Position numbers and translations under genes: made by a program
Assembly: GCA_001662655.1 (NCBI GenBank)
Contig: KV460255.1
Length of the DNA stretch: 64,000 nt
Source of the DNA: Pseudogymnoascus verrucosus
Taxonomy: Eukaryota
Reading direction: 5' to 3' (one strand)
The notes under the pieces: generated by a model
Seen by the model: the letters and a program-made list of their open reading frames with translations, nothing else
Told to the model about the DNA's origin: nothing
The model's database searches: none
Shown here: one piece after another, positions 13,501 through 26,680 of the stretch
Layout: each line of letters opens with the position of its first letter
Position numbering within the stretch: position 1 is the stretch's first letter

Positions 13501-15224
13501 CGATTCCAATCTTGAAGGTGCTGTCGGAGCTAGATGGAGTATACCTGAAACTGTTTCTCAACCCTAAGGATATACTCAAGGAGATCCCGATCAAGCGCTT
13601 CTACCGTTATGTCCTAGAGTCAAAGCCGATGTTTAATGCCGATGGCAGTTTGAAGGATATCAAAGCGCAGTTTGTGAGCGTTCCTCAGGAAGCTCTGCTG
13701 ACAGTGGGCATGGATGTGCCAGCTCCATGGCTTGTAGCACCGAAGCAATCTGTTACCGATTTGGACAACATCAAGTTGAGTTCCGTTAACGGCGATGTCA
13801 ATGCTGTCTACGAGTTACAGCACATCCTAATCGAAGGACACTCATCAGAGAAGGAGACCGGACAAGCTCCAAGAGGGGCCCAACTTCTCTTGGGTACTGC
13901 AGCCGATGCCCACTTTGCCGATACCATCATCATGGCCAACCTTGGTTACTTCCAATTCAAGGCGAATCCAGGATTCTACAAGATAAATCTCCAAGAGGGC
14001 CCCAGCTCCAAGATTTACAGCATCGACACCCTCGGAGCCTCAGGACGCGATGCCGCACAACCAGACGAAACCACCGAAATCTCCCTCATCAGCTTCCAAG
14101 GCCTGACCCTCTTCCCGCAACTCTCCCGCAACCCCGGCCAAGAAACCGAAGACGTCCTCGAGCCTACCACAGACCTAAAAGACGACATCGTCAGCAAGGG
14201 CCGCAAGCTCGCCCAAAACATCCTCAACTTCGGCAGCAAGAAGTCCACCACCGCGGTGCAAACCACGCAAGCGGAAATCAACATCTTCTCCGTCGCCAGC
14301 GGCCACCTCTACGAGCGCATGCTCAACATCATGATGGTCAGCGTGATGAAGCACACGAACCACACGGTGAAATTCTGGTTCATCGAACAATTCCTCTCCC
14401 CCTCCTTCAAGCAATCCATCCCCTCCCTCGCCGCGGCCTACGGCTTCGACTACGAGATGGTGACGTATAAGTGGCCTCACTGGCTGCGCGCGCAGTCCGA
14501 GAAGCAGCGCGAGATTTGGGGATACAAAATCCTCTTCCTCGACGTCCTGTTCCCCCTGTCCCTCGATAAAGTCATCTTCGTCGACGCAGACCAAATCGTG
14601 CGTACCGATATGCGGGAATTGGTTGATATCGACCTCCAAGGCGCCCCCTACGGCTTCACCCCCATGTGCGACTCCCGCACCGAAATGGAAGGCTTCCGCT
14701 TCTGGAAACAAGGGTACTGGAAATCCTTCCTGCGCGGGCTCCCCTACCACATCTCAGCCCTGTACGTCGTCGACCTTCGCCGCTTCCGCGAGATCGCCGC
14801 CGGCGACCGATTGAGGCAGCAATACCACCAACTCAGTGCCGACCCAGGGAGTCTGGCGAACCTGGACCAGGATCTGCCGAATCATATGCAGGCGCATCTT
14901 CCCATTTTTAGTCTGCCGCAGGAGTGGTTGTGGTGCGAGACTTGGTGTAGTGATGAGAGTCTCGCGGGGGCGAAGACGATTGATCTTTGTAATAACCCGT
15001 TGACGAAGGAGCCGAAGTTGGAGAGGGCTAGGAGGCAGGTGCCGGAGTGGGGGGTTTATGATGAGGAGATTGCAGGGGTTTTTAGGGCGGCGAAGAATGG
15101 GGGGGAGCAGGAGGTGGGGGCCAAGAACCAGAAGAGTAGGACACTGGAGGAGGAAGAGGGGAGGAATGAGAAGAGTAGGACTATGGAGGCGGAGACTACT
15201 AAGGGGGTGAAGGATGAGTTGTAG
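10580..15224 (+). CDS. UGGT: UDP-glucose:glycoprotein glucosyltransferase (GT24; UGGT/Gpt1/Kre5 family), multi-exon
   Basis: Signal peptide, GYGVELALKRTDY, INIFSVASGHLYER, IFVDADQ, LDQDLPN, WLWCETWC, DLCNNP and C-terminal KDEL. Confidence 0.96.
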
Positions 15225-16105
15225 GCAGTTTTGGGGGGGGGGTATATATACGAAGCATAGATAGAACAAAGCATTGGCCAACTTCTCACATCACATCACA
15301 TGCACCATCAACCAGTATTCGGATAAGAATCAGCTTTTCCACTCCCCCCCCACACGCTATGAATCCGAATCCGACCCCTCATCATATTTATACACTACAC
15401 ACACTCCAGTCCGATCCATCGCCATCGTCCCTGAAAAAATTCAAAAAAACGCCCCTCATCCTCCTCCTCCTCCTCTTTTCTCAGGCAAAAACAAGCAAAT
15501 AGCTCCCTTTCGCATCCCGCCACCCCAAGGAAGACTGTCTATACATGCAGAACCACTCATGAAAACGTCGACGTTCAACCAACCCCCCGCCGAAAACAAA
15601 GAGACAGAGACAAAACCGAAAACCCCCTAGCGCGCACGCTTGCGCGCGCCATGAGAGACACAAAAATAATAATAGTAGGAATAGGAACAGTATGTACAGT
15701 TTTTTTTCTTATCGTATGCGAACAAATCGCCCGGTCGGTCCGGTGGCGAAAAAAGCCCGTATGTATGTATCTCCGCACCCCGCGCCGACTCCGAGGATCA
15801 GATATCTCCGCGCTGACGACGCTGACGAAGCCGCCGGGCCGTTATCTGATGAAGCCGTGTCGCCAAGACCGGGGTTTGGCAGGGATACGTGGTTACACAC
15901 GCATGCATGCATGCATAGGGAAAAGGACGTATTTCGCGTTCGGGGTTTGGTTTGGGGGACTTCCGATGTCGCTTGGCGGTGCGTGGTGGTGGTCAGGCTA
16001 AATGGGAAGATAACGATTTGTGTGCGCGCGCGAGAGCCGGGTTATGGATGTTCGGGGCTGTGCTGCGCCTCGTGGGCTGGGGGGGGGGGGTGATGGGTGG
16101 GTGGT

Positions 16106-17469
16106 TTATAGGATTGAGTCGTTGCGACGGATGAAGTATGCCCTGTGGTTATGGTTGTTAGTATGCGACGATCAAAATAGTAAAGGAATGACAAAAAAAG
16201 TAAAATGGGACGGGGAAAAACATACTTGCAAGCCTCATACCCCGACCAACAAATCGCCGTACTAGGCATCGTCGTAATAACCCTGGGCTTCACCCCCTTA
16301 AAGAACCCCCTATACCCCTCCCTTTGATGCAACAACTTACACCCCTCCACAAACCCATTAACATTCCTCAGCGCCGCATCGCTCGCCGACCCCCTCGTCT
16401 GCAACATCGTCTTGACCACATCCATCGGCGTCGTCAGCGCCGCCGCGAAGCCTCCCGCTACCGCGCCAGCTGCGCAGTGCGTGACGGGGTCGTAGGCCTT
16501 GGTCGGGTTCATGGAGGTGGATATCGATTCGTAGGCGAGGAATTGGAGCGCAGTGAAGGGGACGGTCATGGAGAGCGTGGTGGGGTAGGAGACGTAGAAG
16601 GCGCGCAGGCCTTCGGTGCGGAAGACGTAGCGGGCGCAGTCGGGCATGGTGCGGAAGAGCTTCTTGGAGCCGTGGATTTGCATGCGTTGTTTGATGACTG
16701 GGGGGTGTTAGTGAGGCTTGGGGGGGGGGGGGGGGGGGAGGGTTACCATCAAAGGGGTTCATGAGCGCGTCGCTGGCGATGGTAGCGCAGGCACCGCTGG
16801 TGGCAGCAGCGAGGGGGTGGTGGAGTCCCGCCTGGTTACCGCCCATCAAGTGCTTGACAGCCTCGTAGGTCGCGAAGTAAATCGCATGTGCGGGACCTAA
16901 ATCGCATATCGTCAGTCAAAAAAAATGTCACTGCCAGACAGAAATCAAGGATAAGAACTAACCTGCTCCCACCACAACACTAGACATTCCTCTCCATAGC
17001 CCGATGGCCCATTTCATGTTATACACCGTGCGTGGCTGGATGGCGCCGAGGAGTTGTGTGCGAGTCTGTTTTTGGTGCCGAGTTAGCCAAGGCCCTTGGG
17101 GACAGAAATCGGAAATAAATATTGGTGCGCAACAGAACATACCTTGATCGAGTCGATGGGGTACATGACTGTGTGTTCCTATTTCCAAAAAGTCAGTCTC
17201 CCTGCGTCCTGTTGACGAAAGGGCGGAAACATACAGCAATCCCCGCCACCGCACCGGCTGTCATGTTTTGCAACAAGCTGAAATTCTGTATCCCATTCAT
17301 TAGCCCTCCATCTTTGGCCCCATTGTATCTATCGAGAAGTGTCATACCGGAGGTAAACCCTCATAACTAAACAAACACACATGTAAGCCAATTGCCGACA
17401 GCTGGGGGGATAGTCCTGGGCAACTCACTCATATTCCTCGAGCGGGACATCGCTCGCGCTCTGAGCCAT
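16106..17469 (-). CDS. MRS3: Mitochondrial iron carrier (mitoferrin, Mrs3/Mrs4 family), multi-exon
   Basis: [100 protein letters not shown]. Confidence 0.9.
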
Positions 17470-18896
17470 ACCTACAGCGGTCGCTGGACCGCCGTAAGCC
17501 TCTGGTTGCAGCGCCAGTGTTCCCGATTTGACGGATTCCCGGGGGATAAGGCTTCTGTTCGCTGGGTCTCCTCCGTTCGCTTTTGGGGAAAGCGATGAGA
17601 AGAAGATGACGCTGGTGAGCTAGTTCGACAGAAAGACGTAGTGAGCTGTGTCTCTTTGACGGGCGTTCAAAAGCGTTCGTTTGTTTGATGTGTCGTTGGT
17701 TTGGGGGAGAAGCAATATTATCTCCAATGACGAAAGGCGGATATAATCGTTTCGTTCTGTTCAAAAAGAGTATGTTGTGTTTGCTTCGCCCAATTCCGAG
17801 GGATAAGTATTTGGGAAACCGGAGAACGGAGCTAAAATAATTGCAAGTACAAAGCCAACGGCGGTTGTTTTGGAGACGCTAGTTGACCTTGGGTTCGCCT
17901 GGGTTCAGAAGGGGATTCTACACTAACCTAACAAACTAACCACCAAACCGGATAGGGAAGAACAGGGGTTGGGAGAAATGATGGGCCGAGGAGGTGGTGG
18001 CTGACATAAGCGGTAGATATAGCCGTGAAGCCGTGGGTTGGGTGAGTGAGTAAGTGAGGGCGTAGGAAAGACACCGAGGAGTCCGACAATGTGACTCTGT
18101 AGAGTACAGTAATGATCTAATGATCACTATAATCAGTATATACACTCCTACTCTATAATCCTCATACAATAATATCCTCATCTACTCCCTCCTCTCCCCC
18201 ATCTCCCAGCCTGTGCCCCTAATCTCCTATCTCATCTCACTCCCCTCTCGGCATTCGCAACAGCCAACACATACCCCCTCTTGGCGCGAAAATTCGATCT
18301 GATAAACCCTCCACACAGACCACCACCCACTCCACAAAAAACCAAACGAAGGGCGTCGATTTAGGCAGCTGCACATTAACGCGGATCTGATTATTCCTCA
18401 GCCGGTTACTGGGTCGTACCGATGTTGGTCATACATGGAGTAGTCAGGTAAGCGTTGAGGGAATGGGACAAGCGCCATGTGATACGACAGTGAGGTTAAG
18501 AAGAGTCCACGCAATCAAAGACGACGTGGCAATTCTTTGTAATGGGCGAATTCATTTGTTCTACTCCTCTATCCTCCGATAAAAGGAAGGGCAGATTTGA
18601 TTTGATGCTCCACTCCACAAAAATAGCAATATACGACCTCAGCCCCGAGGTACCCGGTATCCCCGATGCATCCCCGATTCATCACCGAGAATGTTCGGTA
18701 TGCGCTTCTACTCCATCACATGCTCTCCCACCATCCCAACCCCCAAAGCCACATCAACACCACCAGCACCCGCCAAAATAGCAAACACCCTCCTGCCCCT
18801 ATAAACACAACCACGCACGCCCCTAAAACGCTATAAACGCAACCTCCCCCCTCTTAAAAACAAACGCTCTAAACAACCAAACCCCCCCCCCCATCC

Positions 18897-21745
18897 TTAA
18901 ATATTAACACCAGGCCTCGTGTCCGTCTGCGCCTTCTGAAACTGATACAACAACCCCAACACCCCTCCTCCCACCCCTCCATCATCCCCATCGCCCCCAT
19001 CCCCCCCCTCCACCGCTCCAATCCCACTCCTCGCCGGCGAAGTCTCCCAAACAGACGCATCAAGCCCACTACTCTCATTCGGCATCGACGGCACCGGGGG
19101 CGCCTCCTCCTCCTCCCCATCCTCAAGCGGCTGTTCAATAATACTCCTAGGCTGCTGACCCCTCCACCTCCCCGACGGGCCGCCGTGGAAACTCTTACCC
19201 CCGCCGCCGAAGCCAGTAGTTGAGGGCTGGTGGTGCGGGTCGAGTAGCATAGAGGGCATAGGCGATGCGTGCGCCGCGGCGGGGGTGGATGGGAAGCGCG
19301 GTGTGCGACTTGGTATTAGCCCTGCGCCCGCAGGACGGGATTTATGTTGATGTTGACCGCCAAGGCGGGAAGTCTGCATGTCCGCCGTGAGAGATGGGGA
19401 CATCAACCCTGGAAAGGAGGGAGGGGGGTGGAATTGGTGTTTTATGCCCGGGGGCACGTGGCCTGGGATTCCAGTCTTGGGGTTCGTAGCGTAGTTATCT
19501 AAGAAGCCGTAGTAGGACGCAGCCATCTTGCCGTGCTTGGTGGAGTAATATTCATCTCTCAACCCTTCTGCGGCGTTCCCTGCTCCGGGGGGGACGGCGC
19601 TGCCGCCTACGCCTTTCTTGAAGTCGAACACGGCGAAGGAGCAGACGTAGCCGAGACCATCGACGTGGACTGTGAATTCGCGGAAGAAGTCGATGATGCG
19701 ATCGCTGCATTTGGGGAGGGTGAACCAGAGCACCAAGGGGGTGAATATGATACTCAGTACCTCCTCGAGGAAGATGACTATTTTCATCTGATATAGTTCC
19801 GCGAACTCGCGCTTGACTTCGTCGGTGTGGAGCCGGTCTTTCCACTGCTTCGGCATGTAGTGCGTGTAGTCGATCACGTTGCGGAGGGCGTATTCCGGGT
19901 CGAAGACTTGGTTGTCAGGGGGCACGGCGCCGTGGGCCACGGCCCAGAGGGTGCCCATTACGCCGAGGTAGAAGAGAACGGTGCGGTCGGGGGTGATTTC
20001 GAAACCGAGGAAGAGCTCGGGGTCGATGATGGAGGCGAGGGCGAGGATGGAGACTATGCCGCCGGCGACGAAGGCGACGAATCGTGCTATTTGGACGGTC
20101 ATGATCTTGGGGAACTGCTCGACGTAGCGTGATGCGAATGGGTAGGACATGTTTACGCGGTTGTCGAAGAGGTGAGGGAGTTCGTTGAACTCCCTAAACT
20201 TCCATTCCGCGAGTGGGGTGTACTGTCGCGACCCAAGTGCCGCCGGATTCTTGTGGTATTCCTATAGTCTTGTAAGCAGATGAAATTCGAGGCAGACGCA
20301 ATACTTACATTGAAATACTGGAAGAAATACACAATAAGTGTGTATAAGACAATAACAGGCGCACAGATAATGTTCATCAACCCCGCGAACAGAAACCTGC
20401 TGCGAAGAGCGTCGCTTAATTGCCGTCTCTTGCTATCCTTCAGCACCATCTGCTGAATTTGCCCTTCAGGGGTAAATATGAAATCGAGGATACAGAAGTT
20501 CAAGTTCCACTGAATGGTCCTCGAAAACAGCTGGCGATTTCTGAAAAACGGGATGGGGAGAGTCAAGTCAAGAATTTCCTTGTTGAACAACGCAATAAGG
20601 TAGTTCTCCTTCCTCATCAACCTGTTGGCGATATCATGGGCGTCCAAGCGTTGCTTAGACTGAGTGCCCATGAAGTGGCGTAGTGCTGGTGAAACCTTGT
20701 CTGCTAGAATCGGATTCGAATCGCGCAGGTTCATCAGCCTCGCCACTATCTCCTGCCACGATATCGTCTGCATGTCGCTCTCAGGGATTTCCAACAGGTA
20801 CAGATAGAAGTCCTGCATCCTCCTCAAGCGGGAGATGTCGACAATATCTAATATGGATTGATATATGAGATATAATACCAACAGCCATATCGCAAAGTTT
20901 GGCATCCCAGACATGTTTTTCGTGCATTGTGGGACAACAATTTGTGACATAGATGTGCTATGCCTTATCTTGCTGTAATCGACACACTGTGTGAGGAAGG
21001 TTGTAAACGTCGCAACGAATACAATGCGTAGAAGGTTGAGCAGCCTGTCCAGGCATATGGGCCATATCCCAGCCCCACGATAATATGCATAAATCTCTCC
21101 CATAAACCGATCCAAGTTTGTGACGTTTATCCACATCCACATCGCCCTCTCTTTTCGACTCGCAGAGAATATCCCGGGTTTGGGAACAGCTGCCTTTGGC
21201 CGAGTGGTTCCTATGTCATCGTGCAGCCGTTGCTGCTCTTGTACTGCAGCCCATCGAGCCTGGGCGTTTTGTGTTGCAGTTCCTGTTATGGGAGCAATCT
21301 TAGCTGGTCGCGGGGAGTGTTGTTGGGCCGCTGGATGACTTGGTCCTCCACCCTCCTCTTCTTCTTCGATCAGTAAAGAAGCTGGAACGTCATCGTCGCC
21401 ATCATCGCCCAGCATCCTCGGTGAGCGCGATAGCCATTTGGCTTTGGCGCCACCCTTCGACCTCCGATCCCTGCCGGGACTCTTGTGTGGTTTCTTTCTT
21501 ACTTGCTGTGCAAGAAATGCTGTGCTTTCTGTCGTCATGCGGCTTTCATGACCGTCGAAGAGGTCTTCATGGAGCTCGTAGTCTTGGTATCGGGTTGAAA
21601 GGTTCTCCTCGTCGATGGCCATGGCAGCTCGCTCTTCGATATCTCCGGGGTCTGACATCCCATGGTCGCCAGCCCTCAAGTCTTCGTAGATCGACGGTGC
21701 CATGTTGTTAGACGGTAGGAACCGCGATAATATGTGTGAGGCCAT
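18897..21745 (-). CDS. ATG9: Autophagy-related protein 9; intron 20262-20308
   Basis: [82 protein letters not shown]. Confidence 0.96.
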
Positions 21746-22254
21746 CCTGCTAGGAGAGCTGTTGATTGTAGCGGGGTGTGTTATTGCTAGCGCGATTTCG
21801 CCCAGAGAAGGACCTGGTATTGACGCCAGCAAACATTACTTCTCAAAGAAATAACACACATCAGACATCATCCCAGTTATTTATGTCGTTTCAACGCAAC
21901 TTCGAGGCGGTTTTGCAGTATCTGTTGCTGTGAACTGCTGTGTGCATCGTGATCATCTAGCTACCAGTCACAAGGTTACCTGGTAGGATACCTGGGGATG
22001 GATCCGCTGCCAAGCGACGGCCGTTCATCGGCTCGGAGAAAGAGTTTTTCCGATGAACTATTCTGGGTGAGTAACAATCGGGAAATTTATATGCGGTCGA
22101 CGTCTCTCTTTGTATTTCAAGCCGTTGTATATGCGGCGCAGCCACGAGTTTATGACGATTGGAAGCTTATAGGCCCTTATTTCTTGGACGCGTTTTCTCG
22201 GCGCGGCGCTAATCGGATTTCCAGCGGCCCAAGGAGGACAAGAAATCAGTAGCC

Positions 22255-24574
22255 ATGGCGGGGCAACAGAAGAACAACACAAAACCGGCGGCCAAGGGCA
22301 AGAAGATGGCGCCAAAGGCGAAGAAGGCTGATGAGCGCGAGGAGACGTTCCAGGCAGTGGTATGTAATATCTATTAGCTATTAATTTATCTTATTCTAAC
22401 TTGCGCCAGGTTTTGACAGACTCGTTCGAGACGCGCTTCCTCCCATTCTCACTGGAGCGACCAAGAGTGAGTTCTGCCCATGCGACGTTCAGATCTAGAT
22501 GCGCGGCGATCTTGCAATTTGTATAGCATTACATTGGCTAATATGAAAAAAGTGTCTTCTTCCAATCGGCAACACGCCAATGATTGACTATACCTTGGAG
22601 TTTCTTTCTTTCAACGGGATCAGAGAGGTCATTGTCTACTGCACGGCGCATACATTTGAAGTGGAAGCATATTTGCTGGCTTCAAAATGGAACCCTGCGA
22701 CCTCCTTCGCCTCGCCATTCTCAAGCCTTGAGTTCATTCATTCTCAGTCCACTTCATACGGAGATGCCATGAGAATGATTGATAGCCGCGGTATCATTAC
22801 TGGCGACTTCCTCTTGACTTACGCCGACGTTGTCTCGAACTTACCTATCGGCCCCATACTCCAGAAGCACCGAACGAGAAGGACCGACGATAAGAACGCG
22901 ATCATGACGGTCATCACAAGATACGGCGGGCCTGGGCTACACCGGGCGAAGCCTAAAGCGGTTGTCCCAGTGTTTGTCAACAACCCACGCAAAGTTCGCA
23001 TTCTTCACTATGATGAGATGACTCCATTCGACGAGAGGAAATACATTGACCTGCCAGTCGAGGTACTGGAGGAGCCTGAGTTTGAGATGCGTGGCGATTT
23101 GATTGACACGGGAATCGATATCTGCACTCCAGACGTCTTGGCTCTTTGGTCAGAGTCGTTCGACGCAGAGAAGCCACGATCCCAATTCCTTCACAATATC
23201 CTGAAGGATTACGAACTCAATGGAAAGACTATCCATATTGAAATCGTCGACAAGCATTACGCTGCAAGAGCTAGCACGCTCCAGATGTATGACTGCGTCA
23301 GCAAGGACATCCTTGGGCGATGGACGTTCCCAATGATTCCTGACAACAACTGGGTCATTGATCAAAAGTATAACCGTGGCGCTGGTGGTATAATCAAGGA
23401 AGACGGTGTTATCCTTGCCCGCAGCTGCAAGGTCGGCAAGAAGACGGTACTCGGGAGAGCAACCAGTATCGGCGACGGCACAGTTATCAGCAACTCTATC
23501 ATTGGCCGTAGGTGTCAAATCGGCAAGAACGTCGTCATCGAGGACTCCTATATCTGGGACGATGTTGTCGTAGAGGATGGGGCGCACATCCAGAAGTCCA
23601 TTATCGCCAGTGAAGCTGCGATTGGCAAATCCGCAGCCATCCTCGAAGGATCACTCATTTCATATTCCGTTCGAATCGGCAGCAACACTACAGTCAAGGC
23701 CGGCGAGCGCATAACTAGAGCAAAGCGCAAGCGCGAAGACGTTGATGGCGAGCCTCTTGCACGAGTGCCAGCAGACACCGCTATTGTCGGTGAAGGAGGC
23801 GATGGTTATGCCTACGAAGATGCTGAAGAGGATGAGAAGGATATCTGCCGTGATCTTCTCAGCACCCTTATCTACAGCACTGCACACCTCAACATCGCCG
23901 AAGACTCGTATTCCCAGATCGGATCCGATGCAGGCTCTGACGAGGATGAAGCCGAGGCACGCTCCCGACACTCAAGTTTCGCAAGCGCGGTATCTGATGA
24001 TGAGGCCTCGGGAGACGAGTCAAGTGGCGCAAACTTCCACAAGGACGCTGTTGCGGATGTGTTCAAGACTTTGAGCGAGAGCGGCGACTTCCACAACACC
24101 CGTGTAGAATTCACTTCCCTTCGTCTCAGTAATAACGCCACTGACCACCACATGCACCGTGCCATTGCAGTCGGTTTCATCAAGCGCATTGTGCAGCTCA
24201 TCGAGGGTGGTGCTGAGCCGCTCAAGGCCGTCAAACAGACACTTGCACAGGAAGGCGCCACGGCGTTCCTGTCTGATGTTGCCCTCGGTAGGGACAAGCG
24301 TGTCGGAGACCAGGCTGATCTCCTCACGAGCTTCCAAAAGGACCTCTGCAATCGTGATAAGGGAGAGGCTGTCCTCTTCAGTCTCTGCAAGGAGTTTTAC
24401 GACCTAGAAGTCATCGAAGAGGAGGGCTTCGAGGCATGGTGGAAGGACCCTAAGAGCAGCGAAACCGAGCACATGATACGTGTCAGGACGATGGCAGGTG
24501 GCTTCATTGCGTGGCTGGAGGAAGCGGAGGAAGAAGATAGCGATGATGATGAAGACGACGAAGACAGTGACTGA
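22255..24574 (+). CDS. GCD6: Translation initiation factor eIF2B epsilon subunit; two short 5' introns
   Basis: ETFQAV|VLTDSFETRFLPFSLERPR|CLLPIGNTPMIDYTLEFL, hexapeptide-repeat region, acidic W2 C-terminus (WLEEAEEEDSD). Confidence 0.95.
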
Positions 24575-25067
24575 AGCTCTGAGCATGTTGATTGTACACG
24601 ATTTATGTCATGTAGTGCAGATGATTACGAATGGAAATACCTGGGGGGAAGACTCGGTAGTATCCTGGGCCGCAGTCTGAATGATCCGGCGTGGGGACTG
24701 CTTCAGGTATTAAGTGAGGCGAGTGATTATTAGAATCGTGGGCGGGTTGTAAGTTCCACGGCCAAGATTGTTCTTGGTGGACGCCTACCTACCTTTACTA
24801 TAGAGAGGAATATATACACGATTAAACAACTTATAACTTATTGTGATATATGTGTAGAACAATTGTTCAAAAAATAGAAGCCGTAGATGTGTAGAATGCC
24901 AAAATAATGGCCGTTGTTCAAACTCCGTGGCTGTGGGTGCGTGCGACAAAAGTGAGAAGCCACACAGCCGCCTCACAAGCCTCAGTCAATAAGCCTCATC
25001 GACGACTTGAACGTAAAACCTCCCTCTTCAAAATAGGCAAAAATAGGCCAAAAAATTGCAAGAAACA

Positions 25068-25206
25068 TAGCCAGACCCAGATTCGAACTGGGGTCTCCCG
25101 TCGGTTCTCAACCTCAAACTCGGGGGCTTGCCGAAGGCGAGTTTTGATGTATCCAAAACCGGTTGATAATTGAGAGACGGGCATCTTACCACTAGACCAT
25201 CTAGCC
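25068..25206 (-). tRNA. Intron-containing tRNA, anticodon CTC (Glu) in the canonical register, with an atypical acceptor stem; intron ~25103-25170
   Basis: GGCTAGA/TCTGGCT acceptor, TGGTCTAGTGG A box, CCCGT/ACGGG anticodon stem, CCCAG-TTCGAAT-CTGGG T arm, downstream T6 Pol III terminator near 25050-25055. Confidence 0.8.
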
Positions 25207-25473
25207 TTTTGAATTAAAATGTACTCGTATTAAGCGCTATATAGACCGGACGTCCTGCATAGGGGTAGGGGGTGGGGGGCACAAGTAGCTGCACAACATA
25301 AACGCTCCAGGCGTTCGAGCCCAGAAGGGCATGGCCCGGCCGTAGTGCCCGACGACGGCGTAGTTCAGCTCCCATAATATCTATTATCCAAATTTACATT
25401 CGATGCCTTGACATCGTCTAGCGGTGGTATGACATACAAAATAACGAAGCCCCTTCTCTATCTATTCCAGTAC

Positions 25474-26680
25474 TCAAATGTATCTCTTATCCGGATCCAC
25501 CTTATCCATCAACTCAATGCTCTTCTCGTACATAGTAAACACAATACCACCGCTAAGCATCAGTCTCACCAACCTCGGCAACGCTCCTGACCACAGCGTC
25601 AGGAAGCCCTCATTCCGCACAAGCTGACTCCCACAGTCCCAACTGTTCTTATACAGGTGCTTCGCCTCAATACTCTGCATGCGCGTCTTAATTGTGTCCA
25701 CGGGCTGCGTCACATACACCGTGATCAGGCCTGCGAGACCACCAATACCGAATGTGCTAGCTGCGCCCAGCTTCTCACCAGGCGCCACGTATGACTCTGC
25801 GATTTGCTTGAAGAAGTTGTACGACCCAAATCGTGTCGCCGAGTTGGCGGCCTGACGTGCCGTCGTCGGTACGAAACCTTGGAAGAAGCCACGAAGTCCG
25901 CGCTCTCGTGCGATGATGGGAACAGCATGGAGGAAACCGCGTAGGCGGGGCTTGGCAGCTTTGCGATCGTCGATCCTAGGAGTGTCAGCAGGCGCCATGG
26001 GGGGGGGGATAGAGAGGCCGTCTTACAGTGTGGTCTTGATGCTCTCGAATGGGGTCACGGCAAGCAACGACTCGGTCACACCAGCTCCGAAGCCGGCAAT
26101 GACGGTGCGAGGGCCGGAGATGTGGCCATTCTCATCTTGCAGCATGGACTTAAACTGGTCGAATGCCACGAACCGGACTCCAGCCTTCAGGGAGTTGCCG
26201 ATAATCAGCGTTGTGCAGCCGGCGTACCATGCGGGACCGAATTTTGGCCATGGGAGCTTATCGGCACCGGATAACCGTTGGTTGAGTTGTGTTCGGGTTT
26301 TGGCAACTATCTTCCTGTCAATATTTCCATCCTCTGGTATCAAGAGCGCATCCGGCCCACGAAGCTACGCGGAGCAATCTCTCCTGGGGCGGCACCGTGC
26401 TCTTTGAGGATCTCTAGAGAATCAACAGGTAGCATTTTCAGTCGTACGCCATAGCTTCGCAGTCGCTCGGAAGGGTTCCAACATACATTCAGCAGGGTAG
26501 GTAATAGCTACAATCACATTATTAGCCCATGCTCCAAAACACAGCCCACCACCAAACTCTGCTGTCAAGCAAGCTGCACTTACAAATTTCGACGGCACCA
26601 GCACTCGCCCCAGCTATCACCGAGCGGAGAGCGCTTGGCTTCTCCTTGCGCTTCTCCGGCGCCTTTGTCGTCGACGCCAT
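25474..26680 (-). CDS. CTP1: Mitochondrial citrate/tricarboxylate carrier, 4 exons
   Basis: SVIAGASAGAVEI|AITYPAEF|AKTRTQL, YAGCTTLIIGNSLKAGVRF, AVTPFESIKT, TTARQAANSATRF, GALPRLVRLMLSGGIVFTMYE. Confidence 0.92.

Noticed and set aside
18639..18720. Possible box C/D snoRNA on the minus strand (TGATGA 18684-18679, CTGA 18642-18639)
   Set aside because: The boxes are only ~37 nt apart, and I recognise no terminal stem or rRNA guide; it likely lies in the ATG9 3' region.
25068..25206. tRNA-Sec call from the shifted UCA register
   Set aside because: No long variable arm or extended acceptor stem and no U33; selenocysteine machinery is not known in Dikarya.
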